Source: Patescibacteria group bacterium (GTDB taxonomy: Bacteria > Patescibacteriota > Patescibacteriia > Buchananbacterales > UBA6539). From it: a stretch of DNA of 64,000 bases. Positions 57,750 to 64,000 of the stretch are shown here, in pieces. The notes beneath the pieces were generated by a model. It was not told the DNA's origin, searched no databases, and saw nothing but the letters and a program-made list of their open reading frames with translations. Numbering within the stretch: the stretch's first letter is position 1; the number at the start of each line of letters is the position of its first letter. Both the position numbers and the translations under genes were made by a program. The stretch spans positions 374,467-438,466 of the forward strand of contig JBAZSB010000001.1 of NCBI GenBank assembly GCA_041662625.1, read 5' to 3'.

Positions 57750-59477
57750 TTATTTAATAAGATTTAAAAACCAACTCTGATTAGGTAATTTAACGTTAAA
57801 AGAATTAATCGGGATTTGATTATCGGCAATATTTTTAATGTTATAATTTTCAACAATTTTTTTAGATAACTCCGGATCATAGCCTAAAATATATTTTACC
57901 TTGAACTCATCAAAAACTTGACCGAGTTTATTTTCAGAGATTAACTTTTCTATTGTTTCCTTTTGGAAGACCACAAAAGATTTGTTACTCCGATAATTAA
58001 GGTAATAAACTTCATTGGCACTAGTAGGGGTAGCAATAACATCATTGCTGACAATATTATTTTCCTTAATTTTTTCTATATAGCTGTCTAGTAATGGTAT
58101 GGGGTTATTATTATATTTCTGGCTCCACATCACATGGTTAGAAAGGATTAGATTATAAATGACTAAAATCAAAATAAAAAAGGTAATGAGATTTTTATTT
58201 TTTTGGTAAGATAATTGATTAGACAAAGAATCGGTTAATAAAATAATGCCTAAACTCGAGCAGACAGCTAAACCAAAACCTAAATCCATCATATGATTAC
58301 GCCCAACTAATGCCACCCCGCCCCATAGAATGATACTCCCTAAAAACCAAGATGTAAATAAAATAAACCAAGGCTTTCTTTTAATTTTAAGGGCAATTAA
58401 ACCAATAATTAATAGCAACGTAATTAATGGGCCACCCGTTTCGGAAATCGACATAAATCTAAATAAATGCCGGACGGTCAAAATTGAACTAATTTTTAAA
58501 CGCCCAATAAAATCAAGGGGCATGGCCCCAACACTGGAGGCTTGTTTATTAATCGCCTGTTGCTTGGTAAAATCAGAATTTTCTCCCTGACTGAGTTGCT
58601 CCTGTAAGTAAGATTCCTGAGCAAAATGATAAGTATAGGGATCAGGAAAAAATTCAGCGTAATAACTATAATCTATGGCTTTTGAATTCTCAACTTCGGA
58701 TGGGGTTTTAAAAATGAAGGAATAAACATTGTTTCCTGAAATAAAATTTGGCAACCAAAAAATTATTAATATCAAGGTTAAAGGTATAAAAATATACAGC
58801 AGACGCTTCTTGTTTTGAGAAAACAAGAGAAAAATAAATAAAATCGGGAAAAAAATCAAAAATGCCTCCTTGCTTAAACCAGCTAAGGCCAAAAAAATAC
58901 CAGAAAAAATTAAATAAATTGTTGAAAGACTAAAAAAATTACTTTTTATTTCTTTCCCTAATCCCCTGGTTCCCAAAGTAAACAACAAAAAGAAAATGGC
59001 TAAAAATAAAACGGCAAATTGATAACTCAAAAGTGATTGGGTGATAAACCAGTTTGAAGGTAAAAAGATATAAATCAAAGAAAAAAATAAAAATACTTTA
59101 TAACCAAACAAATAATAAACTGCTAAACCAAAAATAATTAAAGCTAAAGCTAAAACTACGCAATTAAATAAAATAACTGACAAAACATTAAAACTGCCAA
59201 AAATCTTAATTATTTTTGCCATTAGGAAAACACTTAAATTATTCCCCTGTAAAGATTGATTACCTTGCTCTTTTAATAAATCAGTAGACAGAACAACGTT
59301 CAAATCATTTTCCGCACCATTGATTTCAGCGTTTGCTAAATTCCTAGCTCTGACTAAAGCATTTACGTCTAAAATTGAAACATTGTAACCTTTAAAAATT
59401 ATTGGTGAATACCAAACCAAAACTGCCAATAAAGCAATTACTCCTAACGATGCAATTAAAATTATCTTTTGTTTCAT
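57750..59477 (-). CDS. polytopic membrane protein
   Basis: 575 aa, about 12 TM, with a C-terminal soluble domain. Confidence 0.45.
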   Translation of the reverse strand: MKQKIILIASLGVIALLAVLVWYSPIIFKGYNVSILDVNALVRARNLANAEINGAENDLNVVLSTDLLKEQGNQSLQGNNLSVFLMAKIIKIFGSFNVLSVILFNCVVLALALIIFGLAVYYLFGYKVFLFFSLIYIFLPSNWFITQSLLSYQFAVLFLAIFFLLFTLGTRGLGKEIKSNFFSLSTIYLIFSGIFLALAGLSKEAFLIFFPILFIFLLFSQNKKRLLYIFIPLTLILIIFWLPNFISGNNVYSFIFKTPSEVENSKAIDYSYYAEFFPDPYTYHFAQESYLQEQLSQGENSDFTKQQAINKQASSVGAMPLDFIGRLKISSILTVRHLFRFMSISETGGPLITLLLIIGLIALKIKRKPWFILFTSWFLGSIILWGGVALVGRNHMMDLGFGLAVCSSLGIILLTDSLSNQLSYQKNKNLITFFILILVIYNLILSNHVMWSQKYNNNPIPLLDSYIEKIKENNIVSNDVIATPTSANEVYYLNYRSNKSFVVFQKETIEKLISENKLGQVFDEFKVKYILGYDPELSKKIVENYNIKNIADNQIPINSFNVKLPNQSWFLNLIK

Positions 59478-59524
59478 CTATTTTTTACTTATTCAACTGA
59501 CAATAATTTATTATCCAATATTTT

Positions 59525-60727
59525 TTAATTATTGTCAAATAAAATTTCTGGCAAAACTTTTTCCCCTAAAACTTTTGCTAAATAAGATTGACCGCTGTCA
59601 CGGCGGTGCCAATTTTCCAAAAAACCCTGCGCTTTTGGTTGTTCAAGATAAACCAAAAATTCATCATCAATCTCAATCAAACGATTTGGATTTTTCACTA
59701 AACTTTTTAACCGAATAAATAAATTTCCTGGGGCAAAATGATTATTATCAACTTGCTTAACAAAAGATAAAACTTCAGTCATAAAGTCCTCGATTGTCAT
59801 ATGCTGGACTCGTTTAATAAAAGCAACGAATCCCTGATTTTGATAAAAAGAGTCTAAATTACCGGATTTTTCATACTCTTGAAAAAATTGCGATTGCTGC
59901 GGCGGTAACATTAAAATGTAAACCTTAGACTGACTATTATCAATTGTATAATCAATCACCTTAGCCATTCTATCAATTACCTCCGAAGTAGAAGTAGAGA
60001 TATCATCAAAGTAAACCTCGGGATAAGGTTTAAAAAGATCAGGAGCTATCCCACTTTCTGAAAAATTATCATTTTGATTTATTTTTTTCAAAAAATTATA
60101 GCTTGATCTTAAAAACTGATAAGTTTTAAAGGATCTAATACCGGTAGCTGAACCATTAATTGGGGTAAAATCTTTTTTTTCTTTAACAGTTCCATTTTCG
60201 TCAAAAACCAAAGCCGGGGCGTGATTAACGGTCTGATCGTTTCCTGCTACCAGTGACGGATCCTTTTGCGGATCAAAGACATAAATAAAATAATCAATAT
60301 TATATTCTTGGCTGAATTTTTTTATCAAAAAATAAGCCATCTCAATATTATATTTTGGGATACAAAAATTAAAGACTTCTATTTTTTTATTGGGATAATT
60401 TTTATTCCACTCTTTTTCTAAAATAGTGGTAGCAATATTTTCCAAGGCGGAATTAGTTCCTCGCAAATAATGAGAACCAACAAAGGCAAGGCGAGTAACA
60501 TCATTTGGTTTCTCTTGCAAATGATTAACGTCCCTAAAACCGTCTTTATTGATGGAAAATAAATTTCCTTCATACCAAAAATTATGGTTGGCTAGATGCG
60601 ACCAACCGAATTCTGGCTGATACTGTAATAAAACTTCCGTGTTGTAATGGCTCCAGTTTAAATAAAATTCAAAACCAATAACTAAGATAGCTGCTATAAT
60701 AACAAGGATGATAATTTTATTTATCAT
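59525..60727 (-). CDS. membrane-anchored hypothetical protein (possible SGNH/acyl-esterase-like)
   Basis: N-terminal TM. No firm family. Confidence 0.35.
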   Translation of the reverse strand: MINKIIILVIIAAILVIGFEFYLNWSHYNTEVLLQYQPEFGWSHLANHNFWYEGNLFSINKDGFRDVNHLQEKPNDVTRLAFVGSHYLRGTNSALENIATTILEKEWNKNYPNKKIEVFNFCIPKYNIEMAYFLIKKFSQEYNIDYFIYVFDPQKDPSLVAGNDQTVNHAPALVFDENGTVKEKKDFTPINGSATGIRSFKTYQFLRSSYNFLKKINQNDNFSESGIAPDLFKPYPEVYFDDISTSTSEVIDRMAKVIDYTIDNSQSKVYILMLPPQQSQFFQEYEKSGNLDSFYQNQGFVAFIKRVQHMTIEDFMTEVLSFVKQVDNNHFAPGNLFIRLKSLVKNPNRLIEIDDEFLVYLEQPKAQGFLENWHRRDSGQSYLAKVLGEKVLPEILFDNN

Positions 60728-61950
60728 AAATAAAACTTCAAGAGATTATTAATTTGATGTTCAACTGTAAAATGATTTTTTATTTTATCATAACCATTAT
60801 CACCAAAGTTTTTGGCTAAATTATCGTCATTTAAAATTAGCTTTATTTTTTCAGCCATTGTCTTAATATCTAAAGGATTGATAATAAAACCGGTTTTATT
60901 ATCTTCAACTAATTCCCGACTGCCGCCAAAGCAGGTAGCAATCACCGGCCTTTGACAAGCCATAGCTTCTAAATTTACTGTTGGGAAAGAATCAAAACAA
61001 ACTGAAGGGACAACAACGACACTGCTGCTCCCATAAGCAGCGGCTAATTCTTTCCCCTTAAGCCAACCAGTCTTCAGCAAAATAACGCCTTGGCTTTTGG
61101 CGAAATCCGAAATCTCATTTAAATATTGATCATTCCGGCCAACGACTAACAAAACTACATTGGGAACTGATTTCTTGACTTCGGCGGTGGCTAATATTAA
61201 TTCTCTGCCCCCCTTTAAGGCGCTAAGCCGACCGCCAAAAAAAACTACTCTTTTATCTAAAAGATTAAACTTTTTTTTAAATTGGCTTATTTCTAAATCA
61301 GTTATTTCCCACTCTCTTTGGTCTATACCATTATGAACCACGGCTACATTTTTAATACCATTTTGCTTTAAAGCATCGGCTAATGCATCACTAACGGCAA
61401 AAATCTTATCGACATACTTTAAGTAATGATTAATAATTGCGTTACGAAACGGATTATATCTCTTCTTATATCTTTTTAACTGCTGCCAGATACTAACCTG
61501 ATAATTAAAAGTCTGTGGTACAGCTAAATTGCCTTGATCAATAAATTCGACTAGCTTGCCGTAATGAAATAATTGGACATCATGAGCGGTCAAAAAGACT
61601 TTTGGACAATATTTTTTGGCAATCTTTAAAACACCGTAGGAAGAATAGTAGTGAAGGTTATGGGTATGGATTATATCAGGCCTTATTTCTTTCACTAGCT
61701 TCTTAATCTCCCGCACGGCTACTGGGTTATAAAGGCTGCGATAAGCTTTCCAGCGCGGGTGATAATCGGGGACATAAATGCGGTAGACTCCATTATTACC
61801 GTTTTCTGCCAAAGATTGATCCTGAACCGTGGAAATGACAAAAACTTCATAGCCTTTAGCCTTAAAACCATTTACCAGATTAAAAACAATCTGCTCGGCT
61901 CCCCCGGTGCTATAAGGCGGAAACCAGTCCGCAATAAATAATATCCTCAT
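60724..61950 (-). CDS. glycosyltransferase family 4
   Basis: MRILFIADWFPP...GGAEQ and C-terminal GT4 motifs. Confidence 0.8.
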   Translation of the reverse strand: MRILFIADWFPPYSTGGAEQIVFNLVNGFKAKGYEVFVISTVQDQSLAENGNNGVYRIYVPDYHPRWKAYRSLYNPVAVREIKKLVKEIRPDIIHTHNLHYYSSYGVLKIAKKYCPKVFLTAHDVQLFHYGKLVEFIDQGNLAVPQTFNYQVSIWQQLKRYKKRYNPFRNAIINHYLKYVDKIFAVSDALADALKQNGIKNVAVVHNGIDQREWEITDLEISQFKKKFNLLDKRVVFFGGRLSALKGGRELILATAEVKKSVPNVVLLVVGRNDQYLNEISDFAKSQGVILLKTGWLKGKELAAAYGSSSVVVVPSVCFDSFPTVNLEAMACQRPVIATCFGGSRELVEDNKTGFIINPLDIKTMAEKIKLILNDDNLAKNFGDNGYDKIKNHFTVEHQINNLLKFYL

Positions 61951-62699
61951 AAATTAGTTTGTTCTAAACTCTGGCCATTGGTTAGATACTGACACTCAGA
62001 CCGATTAGCCATATATTTAAAAACTGTCTCTAAATCATCCCACATGTCATACTTTTCGATTTCCCAAGAATGCCCCCAGAGATGGTAAACGCCGCCTTCT
62101 TTTAAAAAACAATCAAAAAGGGCTTGACTTAAATTATGCCAACTAAAAAATGATCTTTTCGGCAGCTTAAGTTTTAAAATCTGAAAAAAGCTATTCTGCA
62201 ATGGCTGAAACAAAAATCTAGAAAAATAATAATGATCTTTATCTCTTTTTCTAAAAGGAAACGGATAAACATGAATCGTAGTAGCAAATTCAAATTTGTC
62301 TTGGCTGATACCAAATTCAAATTCCCTGGTAGTCCGGGCAGCAATAAAACCGGCCTCCTTAACGGCCTGCTTTGTTCTGAAATCAAATTTCCCGCCCGGA
62401 TAGGCAAACATCTTTATCTCCCGGCCCAAAAATTGCTCCAAAAAATCCTTTGACCCCTTAATTTCTCGTTTAATTTCTTCATCAGATACTAAACTGGTTA
62501 AATTGGGATGGTTTAAAGTATGAGCACCAATCTCTTGAGTTTCGGCAATTAATTTAATTTCTTGACCAGTTAAAGATTTTAACTCCAAATTTTTAGGGAT
62601 ATAAAAAGTCCCTTTTAAATTATATTTGTTTAAAAGGTTAAGCAGCTTTAAATCCAGCTTATTACCATCATCCCAACTGGTTGTGACAATCTTTCTCAT
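61947..62699 (-). CDS. polysaccharide deacetylase (NodB homology)
   Basis: TSWDDG motif 1, H..H. Confidence 0.75.
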   Translation of the reverse strand: MRKIVTTSWDDGNKLDLKLLNLLNKYNLKGTFYIPKNLELKSLTGQEIKLIAETQEIGAHTLNHPNLTSLVSDEEIKREIKGSKDFLEQFLGREIKMFAYPGGKFDFRTKQAVKEAGFIAARTTREFEFGISQDKFEFATTIHVYPFPFRKRDKDHYYFSRFLFQPLQNSFFQILKLKLPKRSFFSWHNLSQALFDCFLKEGGVYHLWGHSWEIEKYDMWDDLETVFKYMANRSECQYLTNGQSLEQTNL

Positions 62700-64000
62700 T
62701 TGTTTAACAGTAACCTAAACCAACCAAAAAAATGACTAAATATAATTTTTAATCTCCGGGAAAGTTTTTTCCAGCCATCAATGGTAAATAATGATTGAAT
62801 AAAAAATTTGGCAAAATACCAATAGCCATTTTCAAATCTAAAAACCAATAACCGATAATAATTCTTTATCTCTTCACGGGTCATGGTATCAGTATGATGA
62901 ACAACAGTCAGCCTGGTATCATATTTAAAATAATCAAATTCATCTATCTGGCCCTTGCTATAAAGCTCATCCCAAAGCTCTGAACCGGGTAAGGGGGTAG
63001 TAATATGAATTCTTACTCGGTCCGGCTTTATCTCTTTGATCAGCTTTCCGGTTTTATTTATATCCTCTTTGGTTTCACCAGGAAATCCGACCATAACAAA
63101 CATCATTGAATGAATTCCTGCTTCTTTTGCTAATTTAAATGAATGATAAACATTTTCTAATTTTAAATCTTTCTTAATCCGATCCAGAACTTTTTGTGAT
63201 CCTGATTCAACCCCCCACCAAATCCAACGAAAACCGGCTTTGTGCATCATCTTTAAAGTTTCCAAGTCAATAAAACTATTGCAACGACCCTGACAAATAT
63301 AGCCTAAATCATCAACTCCCCTTTTGATAATTTCTTCACAAATTTCTCTTACCCACTGATTTTGCTGGGATGACATACCAATAAATTCATTATCATAAAG
63401 CTGCACCGATTTAACTTTCAGTTCCTTTTTATAAAATTCTATTTCGTCAACAATGCTTTTGGGACTGCGAAAACGAGGCTTTTTCCCAGCGTTACAACAA
63501 AAAATGCAGCGGTGGGGGCAACCACGCGAACCCATCATTACTGCATTAGGCATATCTATACCCTCCCAACCGCCATGAACTCCATGATAAGCGGAAAAAT
63601 CTGGCTCTACTATCTGATAATTAGGAAAAGGAATCGAATCAAGATCGTCAATTAAACTTTGGGGTTCAGTTTTGCAGAATTCACCATTTTGCCCTCTAAA
63701 AGCTATCCCCTTGACTGTTTTTAAGTCTTTTTTATTTTCAAGACATTCAATCAAATCAACAATATTACTTTCGCACTCCCCTAGCCCTAAAACATCTATT
63801 GCTGGACACTCATCTAAGGTCTTTTCCGGCTCTAGGGTGGGACCAAAACCACCAGCTAAAATTTTAGCTTCACCTAAAGCTTCCCGACAAACTTCGGCTG
63901 TTTTATACAAAATCGGCATCCCTAAGGTAGTTGCGGTTAAACCAATAATATCTGGCTTTTCTTGAGCCAGTCGTGCTTTCAGCTTATCCCAGGATAATTC
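62696..64000 (-). CDS. B12-binding radical SAM protein (5' end beyond the window)
   Basis: CPHRCIFC. The frame stays open upstream of the track start to the window end (…PDIIGLTATTLG = B12-binding domain). Confidence 0.75.
   Translation of the reverse strand, partial: ELSWDKLKARLAQEKPDIIGLTATTLGMPILYKTAEVCREALGEAKILAGGFGPTLEPEKTLDECPAIDVLGLGECESNIVDLIECLENKKDLKTVKGIAFRGQNGEFCKTEPQSLIDDLDSIPFPNYQIVEPDFSAYHGVHGGWEGIDMPNAVMMGSRGCPHRCIFCCNAGKKPRFRSPKSIVDEIEFYKKELKVKSVQLYDNEFIGMSSQQNQWVREICEEIIKRGVDDLGYICQGRCNSFIDLETLKMMHKAGFRWIWWGVESGSQKVLDRIKKDLKLENVYHSFKLAKEAGIHSMMFVMVGFPGETKEDINKTGKLIKEIKPDRVRIHITTPLPGSELWDELYSKGQIDEFDYFKYDTRLTVVHHTDTMTREEIKNYYRLLVFRFENGYWYFAKFFIQSLFTIDGWKKLSRRLKIIFSHFFGWFRLLLNK

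Overview
This 64-kb window is from an AT-rich bacterium (about 30-35% GC by eye) with short intergenic spacers. It carries many polytopic GT-C-like membrane proteins, a short-form RmlA, a truncated pyruvate kinase and a superoxide reductase. This content is consistent with a small-genome anaerobe of the CPR/Patescibacteria type, but that placement is inference. The backbone contains the following. Window start to 5 kb: two tandem paralogous PEP-utilizing swivel-domain proteins, an S41 C-terminal processing peptidase and MurA. 6.6-22.6 kb: a dispersed dTDP-rhamnose pathway (rmlA, rmlD, rmlB, rmlC) interleaved with Nudix, HIT, a truncated pyruvate kinase and five large GT-C-like membrane proteins. 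24.0-26.9 kb: an MtnB-like aldolase, an MtnA/e2B2-family isomerase and a GT4. 31.9-34.0 kb: a redox/oxidative-stress islet of cupredoxin, hemerythrin-like, FTR-like CPC protein, desulfoferrodoxin and CutA. 34-64 kb: a very large surface-glycan locus. It has GT2 x3, GT4 x3, a UDP-sugar epimerase/decarboxylase, GtrA, DUF2304, a polyprenyl-P sugar transferase, AsnB, an N-acetyl-sugar amidotransferase, three radical-SAM enzymes (two SPASM, one B12-binding), two methyltransferases, a flippase-like protein, a polysaccharide deacetylase, O-antigen-ligase+TPR, an S8 protease with FG-GAP repeats and a CotH+beta-helix protein. Two short segments stand out sharply by composition (about 55-60% GC) and by regulatory style, with canonical or perfect sigma70 promoters, strong GGAGG Shine-Dalgarno sites and clean intrinsic terminators. 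(1) A self-contained 1.3-kb cassette at about 22.72-24.01 kb inserted between convergent host genes. It encodes a monocistronic 118-aa protein and a bicistronic pair (57 aa + acidic 113 aa) under a perfect TTGACA-N17-TATAAT promoter followed by two palindromic operator-like sites. (2) A roughly 0.9-kb locus at 27.13-28.04 kb. It contains a 42-aa Cys/His-rich peptide gene and, convergent to it, a GC-rich 93-aa ORF inside a 556-bp segment bounded by perfect 20-bp inverted repeats. None of the five encoded proteins resembles a family I can name. These two cassettes are the best candidates for a previously undescribed system, with toxin-antitoxin-like, anti-defense-like, or mobile/invertible regulatory module as hypotheses. 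No rRNA, tRNA or CRISPR array was recognised.
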